From Planctomycetota bacterium (lineage in GTDB: Bacteria > Planctomycetota > UBA1135 > UBA2386): a stretch of DNA of 64,000 nt. The notes under the pieces are model-generated. The model made no database searches and was not told where the DNA came from. It was given only the letters and a program-made list of their open reading frames with translations. Shown here piece after piece: positions 28,822-38,601 of the stretch. Position 1 is the stretch's first letter. Each line of letters starts with the position of its first letter. The DNA lies in NCBI GenBank assembly GCA_965223545.1, contig OZ245006.1, forward strand, positions 4,160,001-4,224,000. The letters are read 5' to 3'. The translations under genes and the position numbers were made by a program.

Positions 28822-30473
28822 CGAATGAAGCCGAGGCGGAACGGCGAGAACACCGGCCAGAAGCCGAGCACCGGCCGGCCGAGCACGTGCTCTCTGGGCA
28901 CGAAGTAGATGTGCTGCTCCGGCGCCGTCCAGGTCGAGTTGGACGCCAGGTCGAGGAACTGCATGTTGCCGGGATCGTACGCCGGTCCGAGCTTGCCTTC
29001 GAGCGCGAACACCTCGCCGTTGTCGTCGGTGAACGCGATGCGATCGGGCGCGCGGCCGGGGCTGCGCACGATCACCGGGTTCTCGTCGACGTCGGGCTTG
29101 CCGTTGAGGTCCCACGGTCGCTTGTTGCCCTTGATCACGCGCACGCTGTCGTCGGTCTGCGCCTTCAGCGGGTCGACCATCGTGCCGTCCTCGGTGACGC
29201 CGACCGACAGCACCTTCCACTGGCGCGAGTCGGCCGACGCCAGGGTGTTGTCGCCCATCATCAAGAAGTGGTCGGCCGGCACTTGGATCACGTGGTTGAG
29301 GATCGAGCGGTCCATGCCCTCGGGCACCAGGTTGAGCAGGTCGTCCTCGATGCCGGCGGTCACGTAGTGCAGGTCGCGTTCGACCTGTAGCTCCTCGAGG
29401 CGCAGCTCCTTGGCGCCGCGCACGTCCAGGCGCAGCGACACCTGGCCGGGTTCCAGCAGTCGCAGGACGCGGGCATCGCCGACCTCGAGCTGTGCTGCTT
29501 CGTCACCGTCGACCGCGGCGAGCAGCCGGTCGTCGAGGTGCGCGAAGGTGAGGTGCGTGGCCTCCCCCGCGGCGAGCGCGCAGTCGAACGCCTCGCTGAC
29601 CGCGACCTCCTCGTCGCCGCGCTGGATGCGCAGCACGGCCTTGCCGCCGCTCGCCCGCAGCTGGAAGCGGCGGACGGGGTGGCCGGCGGGCTCGAGCCGC
29701 AGCTCGACGGTGAGCTGCTCGGGTGCGGCCGTCGGCACGATGGTGAATCCGAAGCGCACGTCCTGCACTCCCTCGCGGCCGCCGCCGCTGTCGCCGGCAG
29801 CCATGATCTCGGCGGCGATGTAGCTCGGATATCCGTCGTAGATCTGGTTGGCGAGGCCTCGGTGCTGCAGGTCGGTGAACGTCAGCTGCGCGCGCCCGGC
29901 CGCCTTGCCGATCAGCGCCTCGCCGTCCTCGGTCCAGGTGCCGAACGTGCCTTCGAAGAACTTCGCCAGCACCGGCGGGGTGCCGCCGCGTTCGATCTCG
30001 ATCTCGCGCCGCAGCGGATAGACCGTCTTCCACAGCCCGGCTTGGATCGCGTCGGGCTTGCGGTGGACGTGCGCGACCTCGCCGCTCTCGTCGACGTGCC
30101 AGAGGTTGCCGCCGGCGATCCGCAGCCGGTCTCCGCCGACGCCGACGATGCGTTTGACGTAGTTCTGGTTGCGCCGGATCGGATAGCGGAACACGGCCGG
30201 ATCCCAGCGCTCGGGCTCGAACACCTCGTAGCGCAGCTTGTCGACCAGGATGCGGTCGAAGACGCCGGCCTCGGCCGAGCCCATCAGGGTCGGCTGCATC
30301 GACGACGTCGGAATCTGATACGCCTCGATCACCATCGGCTTGAGCAGGACCGCCGCCAGGATGGCGACGCCGAACGCCTCCAAGTTGTCGCGCCACGGGC
30401 GCTTGGGCTTGGCGACGGCGGTCTTCGGATCGGTCGCGGGGGCGGCGGCGCTCGCCGGGACGGTGTCGGTCAT
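28818..30473 (-). CDS. lepB: Signal peptidase I with a large insertion
   Basis: IPTSSMQPTL (catalytic Ser), YVKRIVG (catalytic Lys) and MMGDN...SADSR; directly downstream of lepA. Confidence 0.9.
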   Translation of the reverse strand: MTDTVPASAAAPATDPKTAVAKPKRPWRDNLEAFGVAILAAVLLKPMVIEAYQIPTSSMQPTLMGSAEAGVFDRILVDKLRYEVFEPERWDPAVFRYPIRRNQNYVKRIVGVGGDRLRIAGGNLWHVDESGEVAHVHRKPDAIQAGLWKTVYPLRREIEIERGGTPPVLAKFFEGTFGTWTEDGEALIGKAAGRAQLTFTDLQHRGLANQIYDGYPSYIAAEIMAAGDSGGGREGVQDVRFGFTIVPTAAPEQLTVELRLEPAGHPVRRFQLRASGGKAVLRIQRGDEEVAVSEAFDCALAAGEATHLTFAHLDDRLLAAVDGDEAAQLEVGDARVLRLLEPGQVSLRLDVRGAKELRLEELQVERDLHYVTAGIEDDLLNLVPEGMDRSILNHVIQVPADHFLMMGDNTLASADSRQWKVLSVGVTEDGTMVDPLKAQTDDSVRVIKGNKRPWDLNGKPDVDENPVIVRSPGRAPDRIAFTDDNGEVFALEGKLGPAYDPGNMQFLDLASNSTWTAPEQHIYFVPREHVLGRPVLGFWPVFSPFRLGFIR

Positions 30474-32281
30474 TTGTCGTCGTCCGATTGCAGCACCACC
30501 AAGAACGCCTTCTGTGGGATCTCGACGTTGCCGACTTGTCGCATGCGCTTCTTGCCCGCCTTTTGCTTCTCGAGCAGCTTGCGCTTTCGGGTGATGTCAC
30601 CGCCGTAGCACTTGGCGGTGACGTTCTTGGACAGCGCGCGGATGTTCTCGCGCGCGACGATCTTGCCGCCGATCGCAGCCTGCAGGGCGACCTCGAACAG
30701 GTGTCTCGGGATCTCCTTGCGCAGCTTCTTGAGGATGGTCCGACCGCGGTTCTCGGCGTCGTCGCGATGGCACAGGAAAGACAGCGCGTCGACCTCGTTG
30801 CCGCTGACGAGGATGCGGACCTTGACCAGGTTGGAGGTCTGGTAGCCCTGCACCTCGTAGTCCATGGTGCCGAAGCCCCGCGTCATGGACTTCAGCTTGT
30901 CGTGGAAATCGAAGATGATCTCGGCGAACGGCATCTCGAACGAGAGCATGACGCGTTGGGCGCCATAATGCTCCGTGTTGAGATAAACACCGCGGCGCTC
31001 GGTGCAGAGCTTCATCACCGCGCCGATCGACGCGGTCGGCACCACGATGTTGCAGCGCACGATGGGCTCGAGGTACTCGTCGATGTGGGTGGCATCGGGC
31101 AGGTCGGCCGGCGAGTGGATCTCGACCGTCTCGCCGGTGGTCTTCACCACGCGGTAGGTCACGTTGGGTGCGGTCTGCACCAGGTCCATGTCCTCCTCGC
31201 GCTCGAGGCGCTGCTGGATGATCTCCATGTGCAGCAGACCCAAGAAGCCGCAGCGAAAACCGAAGCCGAGGGCGTCGGAAGTCTCCGGCTCGAAGTCGAA
31301 CGACGAGTCGTTGAGGCGCAGCTTCTCCAGGGACTTGCGCAGGTCTTCGAAGTCGCCCGGGTTGGTCGGATAGAAGCCGCAGAACACCATCGGCTTGGGC
31401 TCCTTGAAGCCCGGCAGCGCGCTGGCGCGCAGGCTTTCCTTGGCGTGGGTCAGGGTGTCGCCGACGACCACGTCCTGCAGGCGCTTGATGTTGGAGATCA
31501 GATAGCCGACTTCGCCGGCGGCCATCTCCTGCACCGGCGTCATGCGCGGTCGCAGGTGGCCGATCTCGAGCACTTCGTACTCGGTCTGCGTGCCGAGCAT
31601 GTAGATCATGTCGCCCTTCTTGATGGTGCCGTGCAGCACGCGCAAGTAGACGACGACGCCCCGATAGTCGTTGTACTCCGCGTCGAAGATCAGCGCTTGC
31701 AGCTTGCCGGCGGGATCGCCGGTCGGCGGCGGCACCAACTTGACGATGGCGGCGAGCACTTGGTCGACGTTTGCGCCGGTCTTGGCGGAGACCGCGATCG
31801 CGTCTTCGGCGGGGATGCAGATGGCGTCCTCGATCTCGGTGGCGACCTCCTCGGGCCGCGCGTGCGGCAGGTCCATCTTGTTGAGCACCGGCACGACGGC
31901 CAGCTGGGCCTGCTCGGCCAGGTGGGCGTTGACGACCGTTTGCGCCTCCACTCCCTGCGAGGCGTCGACCAGCAGTAGTGCGCCCTCGCAAGCCTGCAGG
32001 GACTTGAGTACCTCGTAGTTGAAGTCGACGTGTCCGGGGGTGTCGATCAGGTTGAGGAGATAGGTCTCGCCGTCGTCGGCGCGGTAGTGCATCGCGACCG
32101 CCCGCGCCTTGATGGTGATGCCGCGCTCGCGTTCCAGCTCCATGCTGTCGAGCAGCTGCTGCTTCATCTCGCGCTTCTGTACCGTGCCGGTCAGCTCGAG
32201 CATGCGGTCGGCGAGCGTCGACTTGCCGTGGTCGACGTGGGCGATGATGCTGAAGTTGCGGATCCGCAGAATCGGGTACAT
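30470..32281 (-). CDS. lepA: Elongation factor 4
   Basis: [42 protein letters not shown] and [18 protein letters not shown]. Confidence 0.98.
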   Translation of the reverse strand: MYPILRIRNFSIIAHVDHGKSTLADRMLELTGTVQKREMKQQLLDSMELERERGITIKARAVAMHYRADDGETYLLNLIDTPGHVDFNYEVLKSLQACEGALLLVDASQGVEAQTVVNAHLAEQAQLAVVPVLNKMDLPHARPEEVATEIEDAICIPAEDAIAVSAKTGANVDQVLAAIVKLVPPPTGDPAGKLQALIFDAEYNDYRGVVVYLRVLHGTIKKGDMIYMLGTQTEYEVLEIGHLRPRMTPVQEMAAGEVGYLISNIKRLQDVVVGDTLTHAKESLRASALPGFKEPKPMVFCGFYPTNPGDFEDLRKSLEKLRLNDSSFDFEPETSDALGFGFRCGFLGLLHMEIIQQRLEREEDMDLVQTAPNVTYRVVKTTGETVEIHSPADLPDATHIDEYLEPIVRCNIVVPTASIGAVMKLCTERRGVYLNTEHYGAQRVMLSFEMPFAEIIFDFHDKLKSMTRGFGTMDYEVQGYQTSNLVKVRILVSGNEVDALSFLCHRDDAENRGRTILKKLRKEIPRHLFEVALQAAIGGKIVARENIRALSKNVTAKCYGGDITRKRKLLEKQKAGKKRMRQVGNVEIPQKAFLVVLQSDDDK

Positions 32282-32314
32282 CGAGCGATTCGGAAGAGGC
32301 TACGATCGAAGAGG

Positions 32315-32917
32315 CTATAGGGGCAGGCCGGCCAGTCGAGTGAGCAGCTGCCGCAACGCCTTGCCACGATGGCTGAGCGCGTCCTTCTGGCCGGCGTCCA
32401 GCTCGGCGAAGGTCGAATCGGGAGCGGCGTCCGGGACGAACACCGGGTCGTAGCCGAAGCCGTGGCGGCCGCGCGGCGCGGTCGCGATGCGACCCTCGCA
32501 GGATTCCTCGATCGCGGCCAGCACGCGACCGTCCGCGGCGGCGAGGCACAGGTGGCAGACGAACCGCGCCGTGCGGCGCGGTGCGGGGACGCCGTGCAGC
32601 TCTTCGAGCAGCAGCCGAACCCGATCGTCGTCGGTGGCGCCCTCGCCGCCGTAGCGCGCCGACAACACCCCCGGCCGGCCGTCGAGCGCGTCCACGCACA
32701 GCCCCGAGTCGTCGCCGATCGCCGGCGCGGCGACCGCGCGTGCCAGCGCGCGCGCCTTGATCGCGGCGTTGCCGGCGAAGTCGGGCGCATCCTCGCGCAT
32801 GGCGACCGGACCCGGGGCCTCCGCCAGCCGGCGCAGAGAATAGCCCAACGGTCCGAGCAAGCGCTCGAGCTCGTCGCGCTTCTTCGCGTTGTTGGAAGCG
32901 ATCCAGAGGTCGGTCAT
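32315..32917 (-). CDS. rdgB: Non-canonical purine NTP pyrophosphatase (RdgB/HAM1)
   Basis: [35 protein letters not shown] and SHRG. Confidence 0.95.
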   Translation of the reverse strand: MTDLWIASNNAKKRDELERLLGPLGYSLRRLAEAPGPVAMREDAPDFAGNAAIKARALARAVAAPAIGDDSGLCVDALDGRPGVLSARYGGEGATDDDRVRLLLEELHGVPAPRRTARFVCHLCLAAADGRVLAAIEESCEGRIATAPRGRHGFGYDPVFVPDAAPDSTFAELDAGQKDALSHRGKALRQLLTRLAGLPL

Positions 32918-32938
32918 GTCGGTGCGAGTGCGTGGTCG

Positions 32939-33658
32939 CTACAGCCCGAGTGCCGTGCGCTGGAGACCGTTGATGTGCTCGCACGCCACCTTGGCGCGAG
33001 CCATCATCTCCTGGAACTGCTCATCGGAGAACGGCGCGCCCTCGGCGCTGCCCTGCACCTCGACGAGCATGCCGTCGGAAGTGCGCACGACGTTGAGATC
33101 GACGTCGGCGGCGTAGTCCTCCTTGTAGTCGAGGTCGACCAGACACCCGCCGTTGCGCAGGCCGACGGAGATGGCGCTGACCTCGCTGCGCAGCGGCCAC
33201 TTGCGCACCTTCTTCCTCTCCTCGAGCGCCAACAGCGCGTCGAACAGCGCCACGCAAGCGCCGTTGATCGCCGTCGTCCGCGTGCCGCCATCCGCCGACA
33301 GCACTTCGCAGTCGACCCAAAGGGTGATCTCGGGCATCGACTTGAGGTCGATGATGCTGCGCAGACTGCGGCCGATGAGGCGGCCGATCTCGAGGGAGCG
33401 TCCGTCGACGCGCGCCGTTCGCCCCTCGCGCGGTTTGCGGGAGTGGGTCGAGCCGGGCACCATGCCGTACTCGGCGGTGAGCCAGGCGCCGCCTTCGTTC
33501 TGCCGCCACAACGGCACTTGCTCGCTGACCGACACGGTGCACAGCACCTTGGTGTTGCCAGCCTCGACCAACACCGAACCCGGGGCGTTCTCGGTGAAAG
33601 CCCGTGTGAACTTCAACGGCCGGATCTGGTCCTCGGCCCTGTCGTTGCGCCGCTTCAG
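32939..33658 (-). CDS. rph: Ribonuclease PH, probable CTG start
   Basis: GSVLVEAGNTKVLCT, WLTAEYGM.P, EIGRLIGRSLR and ADGGTRT. The conserved N-terminus (R.DR..DQIRP) lies upstream of the ORF-track TTG. Confidence 0.93.
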   Translation of the reverse strand: MKRRNDRAEDQIRPLKFTRAFTENAPGSVLVEAGNTKVLCTVSVSEQVPLWRQNEGGAWLTAEYGMVPGSTHSRKPREGRTARVDGRSLEIGRLIGRSLRSIIDLKSMPEITLWVDCEVLSADGGTRTTAINGACVALFDALLALEERKKVRKWPLRSEVSAISVGLRNGGCLVDLDYKEDYAADVDLNVVRTSDGMLVEVQGSAEGAPFSDEQFQEMMARAKVACEHINGLQRTALGL

Positions 33659-33764
33659 CGTGTTCTCCTCGAGACCGGAAGAAAGCCCGGCAGCTTACCC
33701 GGCGCCTCCGGCCGGTTTTGACAGAATTCGCGCGACGTCCGTGCGCGCCCGGAGAATTGCGGCC

Positions 33765-36374
33765 GTGACCGAGCCCCTGCGCAGCCTCGACCGCGACTTC
33801 GCCCGCTACTGCCGCAGCGGAGATCCGGGTGCGTTGGCGGCGGTGTTCGACGGGTCCGCCGACGAGCTCTGGCGGCTGGCGCGACACCTGGTCGGCGACC
33901 GGCACGCGGCCGACGACCTCGTGCAGGAGGTGTTCTTGGTCGCCATCGAGCGCCGCGATCGGTTCGAGCCGGGCCGACCTGTGTTGCCGTGGCTGCTGGG
34001 CATCCTGGCCAACCTCGCGCGCCGGCGCCGGCGGCGGACGACTGCGGGTGCCCCGCCGGCTCGCTTCAGCGGCACCTCCGGCGACGATCCGGTCGAAGCG
34101 GCCGCGCGCGGCGAGCTGGTCCGTTCGCTGCAGCGCTGCGTTCGCGGGCTCCCGCAGCCGTACCGCGACGTGCTGGTGTCTCACTTGGAGCACGGCGAGG
34201 GAGCGCGGGCGATCGCCGCGCGGCGCCGCTGCCCACCGAGCACGGTGCGCAACCAGGTGATGCGGGGACTCGACCTGTTGCGGCGTTCGCTGCCGGCGGG
34301 GCTCGGCAGCGCTGCCGCCGTCGGCACGCTTTCCCCGCGCGCGGCGGCCGCCTTGCGGGACACCGTTCTGCGCCGCGCGGCCGCGGCGGCACCGGTCTCC
34401 CCGGCGCTGACCCTGACTGGAGCGATTGTCATGCACAAGATCACGATCTCGGCGGTGGTGCTCGCCGCCGTCCTGTTGGCCTGGTGGGTGGTTTCGCCGC
34501 CATCGGCACCGCCCAAAGAGCGTCCCGCGCCGGTGGACGGCACGGGGTCGGCTGCCGCCGACGCGGGGGCGGGCGGCGTGGACACGGCCGCTTCGCCGGG
34601 CGCGCGTGACCGCGTGCCGCAAACGCCGGCGAGCACCGCTCCTGCGACCTCCCGCGCCAGTCTGTCGGTGCGCGTCCACCGCGACTCCGAGCCGGTCGCG
34701 GCGGTCGGCGTGTACGTGCGGCCCGTCGACGGTGGCCCTGGTGCCGGCCAGGGGGGCGTCGGGCAGGGGGGCGTCGAGCAGAAGACCGACGCCGCCGGCG
34801 AGGTCGTGTTCGCCGACTTGGCGCCAGGGCCATTTCGCGTCGTGACCGACCGGGGCGTGGGCACCGAGGTCTCGCTGCGCGCGGGCGAGCAGCAGCGGAT
34901 CGAGCTGTCGCTGCCGCGTGGCTTGAACGTCGACGGCACGGTGGTCGACGTCGAGGGCAAGCCGGTGGCGGGTGCCGGCATCTTCGCCAAGCAGCGGCTG
35001 CACCACGACTGGTTCCACCAGGTCGCCACCAGCGATGCCGACGGCCGGTTCCGGTTGACCGAGGTCGCGCAGGGCACGCGTCTGCTGGCGCGCGCCGAGC
35101 ACTACCAACCGTCCCACCACCGCCGCAGCGGGGCGGTCGAGGGCGAGATCGGTGCCGACGTCGCGGTGCGGCTGCGGCTGGGTGCGCGCGCGCACCGCTT
35201 GCGCGGTGTCGTGCGCCACGCCGACGGGCGTCCGGCCGCCGGCGCCGTGGTCGCGATCGCCGCCGACGAGGACGCGCGCAACCACCCCGACGGGGTGCTG
35301 AGCCAGAAGTACGAGTCCGAGTTCACCCGACCGATGGACATGGAGGCGTTCTTGGTCCGCTGCGATGCCGAGGGGCGCTTCACGACCACGGAGGTGCCGA
35401 TGGGGCGCACGCTGCTGGTCGCGCGCGCGGTTGCCGAGGCCGGCATCGCGGTGACCAACGTCGTCGTACGGCCGGAGTCGGACAACCGCGTTGAGGTGGT
35501 GTTGCAGCGCGGTGCCACGGTCCACGGCCGCGTCGTCGATGGCGACGGAGTGGGCTACGCCGGGCTGCGCGTCGCCGCCGAGTGGCAGGGGACCATCGAG
35601 GTCGGCACGTTCGAGCACGATATCGGTCACTTGGTGTCGGACCGGCACGCGGTCACCGATGGCGAGGGTCGCTTCGAGTTGTCCGCGCTGCTTGCCGGCG
35701 AGCACCGGCTGGTGGTCGGCGCCGCGGTCGATCCCGAGTTGCGGTTGGATGACGACAGCGCGTTGCACAGCGAGCGCGTCGTGCTGGCGAGCGAAGAGGC
35801 CTTGCACTGGCAGGCCGTGGTGACCCGCCGGCAGCCGCTGCGGGTGTCGGTGTCGGGGCCCGACGGCGCGCCGCTGGCGGGGGTCGCAGTCAACGCGAGT
35901 GGCGGTGAGGCGCCCACCAGCGAGCGTGCCCTGCGCCGGCAGCGGAGCGGCACCGACGGTGTGGTCACCCTCGACGTGGAGCCGGGAGAATGCGTGGTGA
36001 CCGCGCACGGCACGATGGCGGACGGGTCCCCCGATCCGCTGCCGGCGCGGATCGAGCGGGTCGCCGCCGGCAGCGGCGCGGTCGACCTGCGCTTGGAGCA
36101 CTTGCCCTCCGCGGTTCTCGCTGGTCGGCTGACCGGCGACCTGGGGTCGCGCGCCTGGCTGCGGCTGCGGCGCACGGATTGGCCGGCCGGCCGGATTCGC
36201 GGGCTGGACCGGACCACCGGGGAGTTCGCGTTCGAGCGGCTGCCGGCTGCGACCTACCGGCTCGCCCTGCGGCGCGTCGGCGACGACGGTTGGCGCGATC
36301 TGCGCGAAGTGACCCTGCGGCCGGGCGAACGGCTCGCTCTCGGCATCCTGCCGATAAGCTCGGGGAGCCGCTGA
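33765..36374 (+). CDS. ECF sigma factor fused to a TM helix and carboxypeptidase-regulatory-like repeats
   Basis: ADDLVQEVF, PWLLGI and STVRNQVMRGL sigma regions, then a TM helix and repeated G.VVD..G.PVAGA / SDADGRF domains. Confidence 0.85.
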   Translation: MTEPLRSLDRDFARYCRSGDPGALAAVFDGSADELWRLARHLVGDRHAADDLVQEVFLVAIERRDRFEPGRPVLPWLLGILANLARRRRRRTTAGAPPARFSGTSGDDPVEAAARGELVRSLQRCVRGLPQPYRDVLVSHLEHGEGARAIAARRRCPPSTVRNQVMRGLDLLRRSLPAGLGSAAAVGTLSPRAAAALRDTVLRRAAAAAPVSPALTLTGAIVMHKITISAVVLAAVLLAWWVVSPPSAPPKERPAPVDGTGSAAADAGAGGVDTAASPGARDRVPQTPASTAPATSRASLSVRVHRDSEPVAAVGVYVRPVDGGPGAGQGGVGQGGVEQKTDAAGEVVFADLAPGPFRVVTDRGVGTEVSLRAGEQQRIELSLPRGLNVDGTVVDVEGKPVAGAGIFAKQRLHHDWFHQVATSDADGRFRLTEVAQGTRLLARAEHYQPSHHRRSGAVEGEIGADVAVRLRLGARAHRLRGVVRHADGRPAAGAVVAIAADEDARNHPDGVLSQKYESEFTRPMDMEAFLVRCDAEGRFTTTEVPMGRTLLVARAVAEAGIAVTNVVVRPESDNRVEVVLQRGATVHGRVVDGDGVGYAGLRVAAEWQGTIEVGTFEHDIGHLVSDRHAVTDGEGRFELSALLAGEHRLVVGAAVDPELRLDDDSALHSERVVLASEEALHWQAVVTRRQPLRVSVSGPDGAPLAGVAVNASGGEAPTSERALRRQRSGTDGVVTLDVEPGECVVTAHGTMADGSPDPLPARIERVAAGSGAVDLRLEHLPSAVLAGRLTGDLGSRAWLRLRRTDWPAGRIRGLDRTTGEFAFERLPAATYRLALRRVGDDGWRDLREVTLRPGERLALGILPISSGSR

Positions 36375-36435
36375 GCTCGATTCGGGCGCGGCCGGTGGGA
36401 TCCCGGCGGGCGCGGCCGCGTAGGACAGGTCGAAC

Positions 36436-37179
36436 ATGCACACCATCGCCGCACTCGGAGCCGTCGCGCTCGGAGCCATCGCCATGACGATTCACCCGCA
36501 GGATCCGCTCACCGAGAAGCAGCCCAACCCGCAGATTCGGACCGCGACCTTCGCGGTCGGTTGATTCTGGGGGCCCGACTCCCGGTTCGGGGGTCTCGAA
36601 GGCGTGCTCCGCACCCGCGTGGGCTACGCGGGTGGGTCGACTCCGGACCCGACGTATCGAGAGATCGGCGATCACACCGAGGTGTTTCAGGTCGACTTCG
36701 ACCCGAAGGTGATCTCGTTCGGCGAGCTGTTGGAGGTGTTCTGGGAGAGCCACGGGCCGTGCGCGCCGGTCCGGTCGACGCAGTACAAGGCAGTGCTGTT
36801 CCATCACGACGAGGCGCAGCGCGCGCTGGCCGAAGCCTCGGCGCAGGCGCGGCAAGAGCAGCTGGGTCGGCCGATCACGACCGAGCTACGCGCGCTGGAG
36901 CGGTTCTATCTGGCCGAGGAATATCACCAGAAGTACGCGTTGCGTCGGCACCCGTCGGTGGTGCGTGATCTGTTGGTGCTGGCTCCAAGAGACACCGCAC
37001 TGGTGGGGTCGATCGCGGCGGCCAAGCTCAATGCCTACTTCGCCGGTCACCTGTCGTTCGAAGGGCTGGAGCGAGCGCTGAAGGAGCTGGACTTGCGCGT
37101 CGAGGGCGGTGAGCGAGTCACCGGAGTGTGCAGAATGCGCGCACCGGCCGTGCGCGAAGCGCGCGGGGCCTCCTCCTGA
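36436..37179 (+). CDS. msrA: Peptide methionine sulfoxide reductase MsrA, selenocysteine-containing (TGA at 36562-36564)
   Basis: ATFAVG-TGA-FWGPDSRFG.LEGVLRTRVGYAGG, HTE, FYLAEEYHQKY. The TGA occupies the catalytic Cys position of GCFWG. Confidence 0.9.
36577..36595 (+). promoter_or_regulatory. Candidate bacterial SECIS hairpin
   Basis: GACTCCCG-GTT-CGGGGGTC stem-loop starting 12 nt after the UGA, with GU in the apical loop. Confidence 0.65.
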
Positions 37180-37266
37180 CCGATCAGTTGCTATGGTGTT
37201 GGGCCTCGGCCCGTGGTTTGCGGGTGCAGCGAGAACCACACATCCCAGACAACAAGGACTTCGCGA

Positions 37267-38046
37267 ATGTCACGTCTGTTCCTCGGACTGGCGGTTGCGT
37301 CAGCATTCACTCTCTCCGCCCCGGCCCAGAGCACCTTCACGTACGACGTCGAGCTGATCGGCGGTCAGGAGGAGCCGCCCAACAGCTCCGGCGGCATCGG
37401 CCAGGCGCAGGTCACCATCGACCCGGCGCAGGGTCGCATCGCGGTCACCGGCCGCTACTCGAACCTGCAGGGCACCGCCTCCGCGGCGCATATCCACGGC
37501 AGCGCGCGGCGCGGCGCCAACAGCGGCGTCATCCTCGGGCTGACCGTTTCGGGTGGCAGCGCGGGCACGATCAGCGGCTCGGGCATGCTGACCGCGAGTG
37601 AAGTGCAGACCCTGATGGACGGCTTGGCCTACCTGAACCTGCACTCCTCGGCCTTTCCCGGTGGTGAAATCCGCGGCCAGATCGACCACGTGCCCGACAG
37701 TGGCAGCCCCAGCGCGCCGTCGCCCACGGTCACCGGACCGGCGACCCCTGGAGGCACGCTGAACATCGGCTGCCCGCCTTCGATCAACATCGGAATCGTC
37801 TTGGTCGGCATCGGCCTGCCGGCGACGGTGACTCTGCCCTTGCCGGCGATCATCGCCTGCGTGGCGCCGACCAACATCGGCATCGACATCTCGCTGCCGT
37901 TCCTGAACACGGGAACCGGCTTCGTGCCGCTCGCGATTCCGCCGGGCGTGCCGTCGTTCGAGCTCGCGACCCAGTGCGCGATGCTGCCACTCGGCGGCGG
38001 CTGCGTCGACCTGTCCGGTGCGCACCGCATCGCCGTGCGCCCCTGA
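37267..38046 (+). CDS. Secreted CHRD-domain protein
   Basis: Signal peptide, L.GGQE.PP, AAHIHG and YLNLHSSAFPGGEIRGQI. Confidence 0.9.
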   Translation: MSRLFLGLAVASAFTLSAPAQSTFTYDVELIGGQEEPPNSSGGIGQAQVTIDPAQGRIAVTGRYSNLQGTASAAHIHGSARRGANSGVILGLTVSGGSAGTISGSGMLTASEVQTLMDGLAYLNLHSSAFPGGEIRGQIDHVPDSGSPSAPSPTVTGPATPGGTLNIGCPPSINIGIVLVGIGLPATVTLPLPAIIACVAPTNIGIDISLPFLNTGTGFVPLAIPPGVPSFELATQCAMLPLGGGCVDLSGAHRIAVRP

Positions 38047-38121
38047 CCGCCAAGCGAGAAAAACGAGCCGGACTCCGTACGTTCGCTCGCATTCGGCGGG
38101 GTTGGGGTCGATCCTCGATCG

Positions 38122-38586
38122 ATGCCATCCCTGCAGGCCGGTAGTGCGATCCCTGTCCTGTTTGCTTTGATCGCCGGCGTCGTCGTCGCGGTCCAGCCCG
38201 GCATCAACGGCGTGCTCTCCAAGCGGCTCGAGCATCCGATCCAGGCGAGCGTGATCTCGTTCTCGGTCGGGTGGGCGCTGCTGGTGGCGGTTTGCCTGGC
38301 CCTCGGCCAGCGCTTGCCGCGACCGTCGATGTTGAGCGGCGCGCCGTGGTGGCTTTGGCTCGGCGGCGGCACGGTGGGCGCGTTCTTCGTCACCACGGCG
38401 CTGATCGTCGCACCGAAGATCGGCGCGGCGTTCTGGATCGCGTTGATCGTCGCCGGACAGATGGCGGCGTCGCTGGCGCTCGATCACTTCGGCGTGCTCG
38501 GTTTCGCGCGGCGGACGATCTCGCTCGTGGACGGCGTCGGCGCTGGGCTCATCGTGGCCGGCGTTTGGTTGCTCTCGCGTCGCTGA
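38122..38586 (+). CDS. DMT family transporter (YdcZ/DUF606)
   Basis: AVQPGING.L, ISFSVG, PWWLWLGG, AGQM..SLALDHFG. Confidence 0.9.
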   Translation: MPSLQAGSAIPVLFALIAGVVVAVQPGINGVLSKRLEHPIQASVISFSVGWALLVAVCLALGQRLPRPSMLSGAPWWLWLGGGTVGAFFVTTALIVAPKIGAAFWIALIVAGQMAASLALDHFGVLGFARRTISLVDGVGAGLIVAGVWLLSRR

Positions 38587-38601
38587 ACGAGCGTCGCGCA
38601 C

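Noticed and set aside
30597..32984. 795-aa ORF overlapping lepA and rdgB
   Set aside because: Alternate-frame artefact; the real genes have clear motifs in other frames.
33021..36485. 1154-aa minus-strand ORF
   Set aside because: Antisense shadow of the ECF fusion and off-frame to rph; Arg/Gly/Ala-rich with no motifs, typical of high-GC DNA.
36604..37179. msrA as a truncated gene or pseudogene
   Set aside because: The single stop is TGA exactly at the catalytic Cys, with an intact upstream frame and a SECIS-like hairpin, which favours selenocysteine.
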